Positions 35,538 through 48,962 of a stretch of 64,000 bases of DNA are shown here, in pieces. Every line of letters begins with the position of its first letter. Position 1 is the first letter of the stretch. Both the position numbers and the translations under genes were made by a program. The stretch lies in assembly GCF_964204865.1 (NCBI RefSeq), contig NC_135253.1, positions 15,376,001 through 15,440,000 of the forward strand, written 5' to 3'. Origin of the DNA: Styela clava. Taxonomy: Eukaryota. The notes beneath the pieces were generated by a model. That model did not search any database. It was given only the letters and a program-made list of their open reading frames with translations, and had not been told where the DNA came from.

Positions 35538-38500
35538 CAATGACATTAAACAACATGATAGGCAACTCTGACGTCACTCCATAAGACTGCAGGCGAAAGA
35601 TTATATTTCATGATACGCTCCAATGCACGTATTTCTCGTCGCCTTTCGCGACCGTTTCTCGCTCGCTTTTGCTACTCGGCGTCTTCTTTGGGTGTAGTAC
35701 CTGCCTTTTTGCGCCTGTAACGAAAAATATAATCACTATATCTAAGAAGTTTTGCTCACTTGGTAAGCTGGAATAGCAGACAAGCTGTAGAGAGTAATTC
35801 TGGACATCATAGACGTTTTTATTATCAGAGAAGATTACAAACGCGATAGCGTAAAGATTTGAGTGGAACATTTTGCAGATAATGACAAAGTTCAAAGTTA
35901 GTAATTCTAATGTTTGCGCTTAAACATTGAAATTTCATTTTAAGAGGGTGTCATACAAAACAGCAAAACTGTTTTCACTTCTCCTAACGGTGCTGTGATA
36001 CAATTCCATAAAACAAAGTTTGCACCTATCGAACTTGCTTTAGTAGGTGAATTTATTAGACATATTACATATTCAGTTAATCGTAGGTAACATTGCTGGT
36101 ATATAATGCCTCGTAGATAGGTTTGTGTCTATATTTAGAAATTTAGCTCATAGCCCACTAATTAATATTATCTTCTGTGCAGGAGGTTGCAGGACTGAAA
36201 CTTAACTTGCAGCCTTACCGATCAGCTGACGATGCTCATTTAGTTTGGCTCCAGCAAGTCTTCATGAAAGACTTGTGTGAATGGAAACTACCCATATGTT
36301 TTTCTTTCCTCCGATTTTAGAAGACAAATTTATTCTGAGGGATTTCGCATATAATTCTCATTGATTGTTAGCTGTTTATAACTCCTATTAATTGTGAATT
36401 CTGATTATAACAAAGAGTTAAAAAATTTTTTACGTAATTCACTGGCACCTTTTTCTTGTCAATACTCCAAGCTGAGGTAATAAACAAGACAATACATTTT
36501 TTTCATCTGGGAGCAAAATATGCACACTAATTACAAGTTTGACACATTGAGATAATACATCATGACAGAAAATACAAGTTAAAGATATGTATGACCATCA
36601 CATGGTAATTAAAATTAAAAAAAATTATTAGGGGCTGTGGAGTATGAGAAGGTTCAAGACAAAGAAAAGAACAAAAATTCATATCTCATGAACTCTCAAT
36701 TTTGCCTTCATTGCTTTGTGAACGCCAATATATTTCGAGTGGCTGAATTAGTTTATCTTTATGATAGCAAAGATTTTGTATTTAATATAGCGAGATTTTT
36801 TTTCAATTTAATTGAAGTGATATTATTTCCCAAAGCAATGCTTGAATCGTCTAGAATCTACTCTAGATGGATCAGTGGTGTCAAACTCATGGGTTTTCGA
36901 GAGCCGTATTGCATTTTGGAAATTGTAGAAAGGGCCGCAAACAGTTTTTGATAATGTATACTTGAAAGATATTTTTAAGATAGTTTTAGTTTGTGACATA
37001 AATTGTGATGCAACTAAACAGTTGGATTAAGTTTTATAATTTTCTTCAATTACAAATGCAATTACATATTAATATTTGCATTCCACTATTATTGCAAGTT
37101 ACTGTATTTATTACAAAAAATCATAAAATTCTATGTACAACCATCAAAATCATTTTTGAACAAGCTTTGGATAAGGAAAGAATAATACATACACTAAAAA
37201 TGACTAAATGTAAATATATGGACCTAAAACTAACAAAAATACTACAGTATAAACTCAATCTTTTTTTTAATTACATTTGTCCTGACGTTTGGCATCTTTT
37301 TTTGTCACCAGCATACTAGGGCCAGGCTGAAATGATTTTATAGTATCAACTCTAACAAACGAGGTCACATGATCATGGGTTAATCTGGATCTTTGCGAAT
37401 GTTTAATTAATTCCAGTAATGCAAAAAAGTTACTTTTATCATTTCATGTATAGATCAGTAAAATAACAAATGACAGATTTTTTCGACAAGACATTTCGCG
37501 CCACATTGCGTGGCATAGGGTTGCTTGAATTATTATTGATATTGATTTTTAGTAACTAAGTCGTTGTATAATTATATTAATATACCAACACATGGAAATT
37601 TTCTGTTCGAAGTTGCTCTTCGAATTTGTCATATTGACTGCTGAGCTTATTGTGTTTTTTCATTGTACTGATGGAAATATGACAAAATAAACAATATCTC
37701 CAGAATTTTGCGAAATTCAGAAATATTGCAACTCCCAATTTCTTCGAAAATGCCACCTTCTTCTTGTACTTTGCGTTTAATTTAATCACTCAAGTGTTTT
37801 ATTCAAGTATTCTTTTGCTAGCCTGATGTGTATTCCTAATTAGGGCAAAATGTGAACAAAAAAAAATAATTTTTCAAAACTAATTTCAGTAATTTGTTTC
37901 CTGTGTGAATAATCAATTTCACTTTAAAAGGTTTGAAAAATCTATTACATTTAGATAAAAAAAAAACTTCCAAAATACTATTACAATTATTTTTAATCGT
38001 TCGAGGGCCGCACTGGAAGGTCTCTGGGGCCGCGAGTTTCACATCAAATGTCTTTGCATGCCTCCATTGGTTGTTCTTCTATTGCAAACATTTATGGAGT
38101 ACTCTAACTATTTTTGCTATTGCCTCTTGTGCTGCAGGAGTCTCACAATGCTTACCCAGGTTTGTCCACAACTTTCACATCTGAAGAAAGAGAGAAGATT
38201 TATTAATTTTCGTTAGGAATAAATAAATAATGTCTATATGATTTAGAATGGAAAAGCTAATAAATCCAATATCTCATGTTTTATGTAAAAAATGTTTTAC
38301 TGAATTTGGTATATAAACCAACTAATAAAGGGGTTTAGTCAGAAAATTACAAGCATTCGTGGCTCCAAATACTTGAGAGATCAGACTATACAATATAGAC
38401 CGGTATGAGTGAAATGTTAGGTGAACTTGTTAACCTTTTGATTCAATACGCAAATAAAAGTGAATGAGCAATAGTATTTTACAGCAATGAGTATATATCC

Positions 38501-38918
38501 TCACTGATTAAAAAAAATCTAAATGGAGGTGCATGAACTATTTGAAACCATAAAGGTTAGGTAAACATGCAATTTCGGCAAATGGGCAACTATGTATCGT
38601 GCTGAATTAATAACTTCGTAGTATTTGACAAAAGCTGGCTTTTCCAGATGTACTTAACAGTGCGATGCCCGGGTGTGATATACAACAATAGTATTCACCT
38701 TACCTTTTTCCGATTTCTTTTTACCTCAACTTTCCAAAATATCATTAAAATCGACAACAACTGTCAAAGCAGGCACGAACACCATTCGTGCTATGCCTTG
38801 AAAACAGCACACATCCGCTCGTTTTCGTCTCGTCAAGTATGTGCATTGGAGCGTGCTATTGGATACGATCTTCGGCCAAAAATGCCGGAGTTGCGCCTCA
38901 TGTTGTTTAATGTCATTG
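35538..38918 (+). mobile_element. Non-autonomous P-superfamily-like DNA transposon, left member of an inverted pair
   Basis: TIRs CAATGACATTAAACAACATGA / TCATGTTGTTTAATGTCATTG, flanked by ggcggac on both sides (35531-35537, 38919-38925). Confidence 0.8.
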
Positions 38919-38925
38919 GGCGGAC

Positions 38926-41900
38926 CAATGACATTAAACAACATGATGCGCAACTCCGGCATTTTTGTCCGAAGATCGTATTCGATAGCACGCTCCAATG
39001 CACATACTTGACGAGACGAAAACGAGCGGATGTGTGCTGCTTTCAAGGCGTAGCACGAATGGTGTTCGTGCCTGCTTTGACAGTTGTTGTCGATTTTAAT
39101 GATATTTTTGAAAGTTGGGGTAAAAAGAAATCGGTAAAAGGTAAGGTGAATACTATTGTTGTATATCACACCCGGGCATCGCACTGTTGGGTACATGTGG
39201 GAAAGCCAGCCTTTGTCAAATACTACGAAGTTATTAATTCAGTACGGTACGTAGTTGCCCATTTGCCGAAATTACATATTTACTTACCCGTTATGGTTTC
39301 AAATAGTTCATGCACCTCCAGTTAGATTTTTTTAATCAGTGAGGATATATACTCATTGTTGATTGCTGCTCATTGTAACATACTATTACGCATTCACTTT
39401 TATTTGCGTATTGAATCAAAGTGTTAACAAGTTCACCTAACATTTCACTCATACCGGTCTATATTGTATAGTCTGATTTCTCAAGTATTTGGAGCCACGA
39501 ATGCTTGTAATTTTCTGACTAAACCCTTTTATTAGTTGGTTTATATACCAAATTCAGTAAAATATTTTTTAAATAAAACATGAGATATTGGATTTATTAG
39601 CTTTTCCATTCTGAATCATATAGACTGCTTTATTTATTCTTAACGAAAATTAATAAATCTCCTCTCTTTCTTCAGATGTGAAAGTTGTGGACAAACCTGT
39701 CTAAGCATTGTGAGACTCTTGCAGCACAAGAGGCAATAGCAGAAATAGTAAGTATATCAATCAAGAAATAAGCCGACATAAGCAAAACTTTCAACTATTC
39801 AACTTTCAACTATAGCAGACGGGGAGATATCAGAAGTCTGGCGACATATCAGTGACAGTGTGATTCCAAGAAATATAATGCAATTGAAAATAGAAATATG
39901 CAATAGAAAAACAACCTATGGAGGCATGCAAAGACATTTGACCCTCCGGTAGAGTTGTGTATGGCCCCCACATCCTGCAGGGCTTGAGGAAAATAACTAA
40001 AAATTCCAAAGCGTAAGATTGCTTAAGCGGTCTTATTTGTAAAAAGGCACAAAACACGCCAGACATACTTAAAACAGCTTTAGAAATGAGGATTACGGGT
40101 ACCTCACTGCACCTGTGTTATATTTGGTTCATCAGCTTTTGATAGTACTATAGAAGAAATTCCGGAAGGGGTATAATCATCATTCATGATAAAATACTAT
40201 CATATATTTTTTGAACAACTTCAATCTAGACCAGGGATCTCAAACTCGCGGCCCCAGAGAACTTCCAGTGCGGTCCTCGATTAACAATAATTGTAATAGT
40301 ATTTTGGAAGTTTTTTTTTTTTTTTATCTAAATGTAATAGATTTTTCAAACCTTCTAAAGTGAAATTGATTATTCACACAGAAAACAATTTACTGAAAGT
40401 AGTTTTGGAATATTGATTTTTTTTGTCCACATTTTGGCCCAATTAAGAATACACATCAAGCTAGCAAAAGAATACTTGAATAAAACACTTGAGTAATTAA
40501 ATTAAACGCAAAGTACATGAAGAAGGTGGCATTTTCGAAGAAAATGGGAGTTGTAACATTTCTGCTCTTCACAAAATTCTGAAGCACATTGTTTATTTTG
40601 TCATATTTCCATCAATACAATCAAAAAACACAATAAGCTCAGCAGTCAATATGACAAATTCGAAGACCAACTTCGAACAGAAAATTTCCATGTGTTTGTA
40701 TATTAATATAATTATACAACGACTTAGTTACTAAAAATCAATATCAATAATAAATCAAGCAATCCTATGCCACGCAATGTAGTGCGAAATGTCTTGTCGA
40801 AAAAATCTGTCATTTGTTTTTTTACTGATCTATACATGAAATGATAAAAGTAACTTTTTTGCATTACTGGAATTAACTAAACATTCGTAAAGATCCAGAT
40901 AAACCCATGATCATGTGGCCTCGTTAGTTAGAGTTGGTACTATAAAATCATTTCAGATTGGCCTTAGTATGCTGGTGACACAAAAAAGATGCCAAACGCC
41001 AGGACAAATGTAATTATTAAAACATTGAGTTTATACTGTAGTATTTTTGTTAATTTTAGGTTCATATATTTAGATTAAGTTATTTTTAGTGTATGTATTA
41101 TTCTTTCCTTATTCAAAGCTTGTTCAAAAATGATTTTGATGGTTGTACATAGAATTTTACGATTTTTTATAATAAATACTGTAACTTGCAAATGTTGCAA
41201 TAATAGTGGAATGCAAATATTAATATGTAATTGCATTTGAAATTGAAGAAAATAATAAAACTTAATCCAACTGTTTAGTTGCATCACAATATATGTCACA
41301 AACTAAAACTATCTTAAAAATATCTTTTAAGTATACATTATCAAAAACTGTTTGCGGCTCTTTTTACAATTTTCAAAATGCAATGCGGCTCTCGAAAACC
41401 CATGAGTTTGACACCACTGATCTATTCTAGACAATTCAAGCATTGCTTTGGGAGATTATATCACTTCAATTAAATTGAAAACATCTCGCTATATTAAATA
41501 CAAAATCGTTGCTATCATGAAGGTAAACCAATTCAGCCACTCGAAATATATTGGCCTTCACAAAGCAATGGAGGCAAAATTGAGAGTTCATGAGCTATGA
41601 ACATTCGTCTTTTTCTTTGTCTTGAACTTTCCATACTCCACAGCCCCTATTAATTTTTTTTAATTTTAATTACCATGTGATGGTCATACATATGTTTAAC
41701 TTGTATTTTCTGTCATGATGTATTATCTCAATGTGCCAAACTATTAATTAGTGTGCATATTTTGCTTCCAGATGACATAAAAGTATTGTCATGTTTATTA
41801 CCTCAGCTTGGAGTATTGACAAGAAAAAGGTGCCAGTAAATTAGGTAAAAAAATTTTCAACTCATTGTTATAATCAGAATTCACAATCAATAGGAATTAT

Positions 41901-42700
41901 AAACAGCCAACAATCAGTGAGAATTATATGCGAAATTCCTCAGAATAAATTTGTCTAAAATCGGAGGAAGGCAAAAAATATAGGTAGTTTCCATCCACAC
42001 AAGCATTTCAAGGAGACTTGCTCGAGCCAAACTAAATGAGCATCGTCAGGTGATCGGTAAGGCTGCAAGTTGAATTCAGCCCTGCAACCTCCTGCATAGA
42101 AGATAATATTAATTAGTGGGCTAAATTCCTAAATTTAAACAAACCTCTATGATGCATTATGTACCAGCAATGTTACCTACGATTAACTGAATATGTAATA
42201 TGTCTAATAAATTCACCTACAAAAGCAAGTTCGATAGGTGCAAACTTTGTGTTATGGAATTGTATCGCAGCACAGTTTTGTATGACACCCTCTTTAAATG
42301 AAATTTCAATGATTAAGCGCAAACATTAAAATTACTAACTTTGAACTTTGTCATTATCTGCAAAATGTTCCACACAAATCTTTCCGCTATCGCGTTTGTA
42401 ATCTTCTCTGATAAAAAAAAACGTCTATGATGTCCAGAATTGCTCTTTACAGCTTGCCTGTTATTCCAGCTTTTCAAGTAAGCAAAACTTCTTAGATATA
42501 GAGATTATTTTGTTTCGTTACAGGCGCAAAAAGACAGGTACTACACGTAAAAAAGACGCCGAGTAGCAAAAGCGAGCGGAAAACGGACACGAAAGGCGAC
42601 GAGAAATATGTGCATTGGAGCGTATCATGAAATACAATGTTTTGCCTGTAGTCTTATGGAGTGACGTCAGAGTTGCCTATCATGTTGTTTAATGTCATTG
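38926..42700 (-). mobile_element. Non-autonomous P-superfamily-like DNA transposon, right member (inverted)
   Basis: Same TIRs, flanked by ggcggac (38919-38925, 42701-42707). THAP-like relic REDYKRDSGKICVEHFADND on the minus strand at ~42345-42409. Confidence 0.8.
40232..41419. mobile_element. hAT MITE nested inside the P-like element (counterpart at 36873-~38038 has lost one end)
   Basis: TIRs cagggatctcaaactc / gagtttgacaccactg. Confidence 0.7.
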
Positions 42701-43488
42701 GGCGGACAGACTTGCATTGCGTAGTTTGGCATTTTTCATTTTACTGTATGCGGATTTTCGAACTCCTGGGAGTCGGAATCGAATTTCTGATCCCTACGCT
42801 TGAAATAACCACAAAGTTGGCGGAGTATCACAAAAAAATGACGATAGGGTTCTTTTTATTATCAAGGAAATAATGAAAATGACGTGGGATCAAATTATCA
42901 CGTGATCGACAGCTGATTCAGCATGAAAACGAAAACAATCGCCATTGTCTGATTGTGAATGCAAGGTTGTGCCATGTTATTCCGTTATTGCTGTTTTGTT
43001 ACGCTTTACAGCTATTGCAGTATTGGGCTGTTTTGAATGAAAAATCTTCAATTTAGCCTAGTATTCCATAAGTCAGTTTTTATTTATTCATTTGAGTTAT
43101 GATTTTGTTTTACGTTCGCCTTACTGCCTTAACAGTTGTTTAGAAATAATCATTTATATACAGTATATAATAGTCTACATGTCTGCATGTAGATTTATAG
43201 CCTTATAAGACATTTGTGTATAGCCTAGTTAGGGTTACAGGGCTAGGATTGTACCAGAACCGAAGGTATGGGTATATGTTGCTACTGTGGTAAATAAATA
43301 TTCATAAATAAATCTTTAAAATTATTTTTAAACGACTCCCGAGGAAACTGAAAATTGAAGTCATACTGTCATAACTTGAACTCAAACTGATCAGAAAAGT
43401 CCAGAGGGCGAAAGCTGTAAACCGATCTGATATCCAGTACGGTATATCTTTCAAATCTATCTTAATTTCTGCACTTTACTTGATAAAC

Positions 43489-43698
43489 GCGGGCGTAGCG
43501 GTGGTGCTCATCGTGCTAAGCATTAGCAATACGCTCGTCACCGCATCTGTAATTACTGAATTACTCTGCGTGGGTTCGAATCCCATGAGAGGATGGTTAT
43601 GTGCGAGAAGATTGCTGGACTCCTCGCCGCCGTAGGGTGGTTCACATAACCGCTGGTTGGTACTCTCCCCCGGGATAAATATGTGTATCCTATCCTAA
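43489..43698 (+). mobile_element. tRNA-derived SINE (duplicate of 25880-26089)
   Basis: Near-identical to the copy A SINE, including the B box gggttcgaatccc. Confidence 0.7.
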
Positions 43699-43921
43699 AC
43701 CAATCAACCAATTCATTTTGGTGGCTCTAGTATAAAACAAAATTAAAGTCTTTTTGTTTGGTACCGTGACCTGATAACTGACTACTGGACTATGTCAAAT
43801 ACTGAAATAAGAGCTACTTTGCTATTAACACATACATATGATATATTTATTGTGACTAGTTCTCTTTCATGACCTAATTATATCATTCCATGATTTTCGA
43901 GTACTACTGTAGAACCTAAAT

Positions 43922-46498
43922 TTGTCTTCTATGACGATGAGTTCCTATTGTGTGAGAAGATGTCTTGTAGTAAGGTCTTCAAAGGATTTAATTTATACGT
44001 CAAGATTTTCAATGTCATCTTATAAAATCAGAAAAAAGTTCATTGATTTTTTTCATAAACAACACAACCATGAGTTCATTTCTTCATCATCGGTCAAACT
44101 TCTCAGCGATCCCTCATTACTCTTTGTCAATGCCGGAATGAACCAGTTCAAGCCAAAAATATTAGACACTATTGATCCAAATGACAAAATGTCTTCATTA
44201 AGACGAGCTGTTAACAGTCAAAAATGTATACGTGCAGGAGGGAAGCACAATGATTTGCAAGATGTTGGTAAGGACACATCACATCACACATTTTTTGAAA
44301 TGTTGGGTTCATGGTCTTTTGGAGATTACTTTAAAAAAAAAGCTTGCGAGATGGCACTTGAATTGTTGACTGAACAATTTAAATTACCCCTAGATAGATT
44401 GTATTTTACCTATTTTGGAGGGGATGATTTACAAAAACTAGACACTGATACGAGTACAAGAGATGTGTGGAAATCTCTTGGAGTACCCAGTAAGAACATT
44501 TTACCATTTGGATTTAAAGATAATTTCTGGGAAATGGGAGATAAAGGGCCATGTGGGCCTTGTACAGAGATTCATTATGATTATGCCGGAAACGGGCGAG
44601 ATTTGGTAAATGCTGGTCATTCAGACGTTGTTGAAATATGGAATTTAGTATTTATGCAATACAATAGAATTTCAAATGGAGATCTGGTATATTTACCAAC
44701 AAATCATGTTGATACAGGAATGGGATTGGAACGAATTACTGCAATTTTGCAGAATAAGAAATCAAATTATGATACAGATTTATTTCTACCTATTTTGAAC
44801 CAAATTGGAGAAATTTGCAATTGTCCAAAATATCAAGGTACAAATACTCCTATAGACGAAGCATACAGGATTGTTAGTGACCATATACGTATGCTAGTAA
44901 TTGCAATATCTGATCATGTTTATCCCGGGAATGCAGGGGCTGAGTTAATCTTGAGGAGAGTGTTACGTCGAGCTTACCTCAAATCAAAACAAATATTACA
45001 TGCTCCTGATGGACTTTTATGTGAATTAGTTCCAATTGTAGTAGGTTCCTTATCGTCACATTATCTGTACATGAAAGATCGTCAAATTGACGTAATAAGA
45101 ATAATTCGCAACGAAGAAGATAGTTTCATTAATGTTCTAAAAAAGGGTGGAAAAATATTCAATAAAGCTATAAAGAATATTAGTAAGGAAAAAAATTTTC
45201 CAATGGAAACTGCTATTCTACTGTATAATCATTATGGATATCCCATTGAATTAATAATAAATAATCTTAACGAGAAAGATATTGTTTTGGACATTGATGA
45301 ATTCAATAGATATCAAGAAGGCCGAGAAGAGTTGAAACAATCAGGAAGAGAAATCGAGAATAAACAAATGAAACAAAATATTGAAATTACATCAAATATT
45401 ATCAATGATATGAGGTCGAAAAATATTCCTGCCACAGATGCACAACCAAAATATATTACTGTAAGAAATAATGATACTAGGTCATATAATTTTCCATCAT
45501 TATCTTCAAAATTGTTATGTGTTATTTCAAGCGAAGGCAAATTATTGGACACTGTCGAACCTGGTCTCCACTGTGCTCTTGTTTTTGATAAAAGTTCTTT
45601 CTATTATACTGATGGTGGACAAGTTGCAGACAAGGGATCAGTGGATGTTGATAACACAGAAGCCTTCAGTATATTGGATGTCAATTACGCTGGAGGGTAC
45701 ATATTTCATCATGGATACATTTCTAGAGAATGTATGAGTCTAAAAGTTGGGGATGAGGTTAAATTATCGCTAAATCCAGCAAGAAGACGGGCATGCATGC
45801 GGGCTCACACTGCAACTCATATTATTAACCATGCATGGAGAGAAATTATCGGATCTGATATTATTCAACAAGGATCGAAAGTAGATGAAGATAGCTTTCG
45901 ATTAACTTTGAATGGACCCACACCAACAAGCTCTCAACTCAATAAAATCTTACAAGTAGTTCGCACTCAAATTTTATCAGATGGTAATGTGGTTGCCAGT
46001 AACATTGCTTTGAATGATGCTCTTGATGATGGTAACATCCGAAGACTAACAGACAATATATATTCTGATCCAGCTAGAATTATTTCTATTGGTAAATGTT
46101 CTCAAAATAACCATTCTGTTGAATTATGTGGTGGCACACATGTTCAAAAAACTGGAGATATTGGGCAGTTTGTTATACTATCTTGCAAAAGCCAGGGATT
46201 AAATAGAACAACTGTTAAATGTTTAACAGGAAGGCCAGCTGAGGACTCAGAATCATGCCTGAAAGATGTCCAGACAAGAGTTTGTAAACAAGTTGATGAA
46301 AGCAAAAAATTATTGTCTGAAAATGATATCTCTGTTACGACGTACAAAGAAATAAAAAAACAAATTGGACAATTGAATCATGAAGTTATTAGTGCTGATA
46401 TTTCAACAATTTGCAAATCTGATATGCAGGCGAAGTTGCGTCATCAGTCACAACAATTATCCACAAAAATCAAAAGAATCAGCCTAAAATCTAGTTAA
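43922..46498 (+). CDS. AARS2: Alanyl-tRNA synthetase, mitochondrial, copy B
   Basis: 858-codon intact ORF with 15 amino-acid differences from copy A; all catalytic and editing motifs retained. Confidence 0.92.
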   Translation: MSSMTMSSYCVRRCLVVRSSKDLIYTSRFSMSSYKIRKKFIDFFHKQHNHEFISSSSVKLLSDPSLLFVNAGMNQFKPKILDTIDPNDKMSSLRRAVNSQKCIRAGGKHNDLQDVGKDTSHHTFFEMLGSWSFGDYFKKKACEMALELLTEQFKLPLDRLYFTYFGGDDLQKLDTDTSTRDVWKSLGVPSKNILPFGFKDNFWEMGDKGPCGPCTEIHYDYAGNGRDLVNAGHSDVVEIWNLVFMQYNRISNGDLVYLPTNHVDTGMGLERITAILQNKKSNYDTDLFLPILNQIGEICNCPKYQGTNTPIDEAYRIVSDHIRMLVIAISDHVYPGNAGAELILRRVLRRAYLKSKQILHAPDGLLCELVPIVVGSLSSHYLYMKDRQIDVIRIIRNEEDSFINVLKKGGKIFNKAIKNISKEKNFPMETAILLYNHYGYPIELIINNLNEKDIVLDIDEFNRYQEGREELKQSGREIENKQMKQNIEITSNIINDMRSKNIPATDAQPKYITVRNNDTRSYNFPSLSSKLLCVISSEGKLLDTVEPGLHCALVFDKSSFYYTDGGQVADKGSVDVDNTEAFSILDVNYAGGYIFHHGYISRECMSLKVGDEVKLSLNPARRRACMRAHTATHIINHAWREIIGSDIIQQGSKVDEDSFRLTLNGPTPTSSQLNKILQVVRTQILSDGNVVASNIALNDALDDGNIRRLTDNIYSDPARIISIGKCSQNNHSVELCGGTHVQKTGDIGQFVILSCKSQGLNRTTVKCLTGRPAEDSESCLKDVQTRVCKQVDESKKLLSENDISVTTYKEIKKQIGQLNHEVISADISTICKSDMQAKLRHQSQQLSTKIKRISLKSS

Positions 46499-46905
46499 AG
46501 AATATATATATACCAACTTTATATTTTTATATATAATATTTTGATCCAAATGAGTAGTAAGGGTTAAACTTCTAGGATTATAAAATATATCAATATGCTT
46601 TTGATCATTTAGATAAAGTGGTATTGTTTTGACATTTTTTCTCAGTTCCTCTATCCAATATGCAAATTCAAGGCATATCGAATATTATAGTACAAATAAT
46701 ACAAACATAATATTCAGCAAGAATCCCTGCTTTTGAGAAGTTTTCAACTAACTGTGAGGCTGCGTTTAGCTTTGATTGGAAATTATTTTGGATATGAAAA
46801 TGAATAGGTCTACCAAATTTGTCATTAAATTATTCAAACAATTTTTTATTATTAACATGTTTGTTACTTCAATTTTTAGTGTAGAATTGTAATATTTAAT
46901 TAATC

Positions 46906-48044
46906 ATGGGTCGTATCTTTCTCGAACATATTGGAGGTTCAAGATTGTTTGCATGTGCAACCTGTGATACATCATTGACAAATCGTGTGGAATTAATATC
47001 TACGAGATTCACTGGAGCTACTGGACGAGCATTTTTGTTCAGCAAGGTAATGCTGGTTAATAATGCTGGTTGCGAAATAAAGATCTGTACACAATTAAAG
47101 TAATTAGGATCCCAGTAATTACTATTTGATGCTTCGCTTGTTCAATTTCAAATATGGGTCTTAGATGAGATACTCGTTCAGGCTGATTTCAGTCTCAATA
47201 AGGCTGATTTCAGTCTCAATATTACCGTAATTTTTACCAATAGTAGCTAATTTTCTAATTACAGGTGGTAAACTTGACTTACAGTGAAGTTCAAGATAGA
47301 GTCATGTTGACGGGTCGTCATATGGTACGAGATGTTTGCTGTAGAAATTGTAAGACTAAGCTGGGATGGATGTATGAGTATGCAACAGAAGAAGCACAGA
47401 GGTAAAGGATTGCTTTTTGTAATGAAAGTGTGCTAGGAGCATGGTCACACACACTCATAAGTGAAGGGATCTCATCTCTTAGTAAACAACTATGACATTG
47501 CCTGGAGCTAAATCGAGATAATGGTGGTGTAAGAAAATACAAATTGATGTGAGGGTTGAAGTATTTTAAGCCAGTTCGTGATGAGGTAGCGATTTCCACA
47601 TAACTATTGCTCTTGGTAAAACTTTTGAAATAAAAATTTCTTAGACTTCATAGAACATGGCTGTGTAGTTTTATACATACTCCAATGCCGATCTGATGAG
47701 TATTACCAATACATGACCACCTTCTTTCATAAAATACTTGTTTAATACGTCTCACACCAGTGTGCTTCATATTCATGATGACCAGTGTTGTAAAGAAGTA
47801 GTCAAACATTCTGACAGCTGTCTCCCTTTTTGATGTTTAGAAAATTGCACAAATAGAAATGTATATTTTCAGATACAAAGAGGGAAGAATAATATTGGAA
47901 CGAGCTCTCATAATGGAAAGTGATGGATTTGACGAAACACCAAAACCATCTGTACATAGCATTAGAAAGAGAATGAATCAGGCAACTGTAACAACAAATT
48001 CATCAAACAGTGATGATGCTACAGGGGCATGGACCAGCGAGTAA
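46906..48044 (+). CDS. YPEL5: Protein yippee-like 5, copy B; exons 46906-47046, 47265-47401, 47873-48044
   Basis: Same exon sizes (141/137/172 nt) and splice sites as copy A; 6 amino-acid differences. Confidence 0.95.
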
Positions 48045-48962
48045 CTGTTTTTGTAACAAAACATAGTGAAACTGTTATTGTTGTTACATGGGACATGTTG
48101 GACTGACTCGGTGAATGACAACGTATCAAAGTTTGCCAGAGGATGTTACTATCATACACAAAAAATACTAGTGTTTGGCCTATGAATAATCAGGTACCAG
48201 GATATGCCAAGCCGCTGATGGGATTTTATCATTTATGTTTATATGTTCAAATTGAAATTATGAAGAGAAGTTGATGCCAAACTAATAACTTGTTACAACA
48301 TATGAATTACAGAAGTAGTTCTATTTTGTTTTCATGCTAACTTGTGATCAGATTATGGGCATACTGCACCATTACTACCGACCACATATAGAAGTGTTAC
48401 TGAGATCATGTTGAAATGTTATTACATTTCTCTGTGAGGTATTCCCTCCCCATATCAATGTGGTAATCTGGTAACACATTATGATAACCTGGCAGCTGCT
48501 TGCCTACTTTGTTCAAAAATTACTAATTAAAGAAGTTATTATTATCTTACATTTAATTTTTAAAGGTCTTTTTCACTTGCATACAGACTGAGAACTATTG
48601 TTTTTTTTTTTTTTTTTGAATTTCGATAAGGAAAAGGATATGGTCATTTTAAAGCTTTCAGGAATCATGGCAGCTGAATTAACTTTCACTTCTAGTCAAA
48701 ATTTTTGACATGTGATACTTTATCTATATATTTCAGATCTATATTTATTCAATACATTATTACTTTTGACATTCTATGATTGTGTTTTTAAGCTATGGTT
48801 AGGGTTAGTGTGAATATTAGCAAAGGGTGTGGTAGGCAATCAGAGAGGAAACCAATTTTGCATGAGACGGTATATAATATCTGATGTGGCCAACACTGAA
48901 TATTACATTCTGAAAAAATTGGGATATTGAATACCCGTATATTCAAAATTTAGGGTCATTTG

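Noticed and set aside
38648-39325. 225-aa and 156-aa ORFs on opposite strands with similar sequence
   Set aside because: Artefact of the palindrome centre: they run across two TIRs and the TSD and resemble no protein family.
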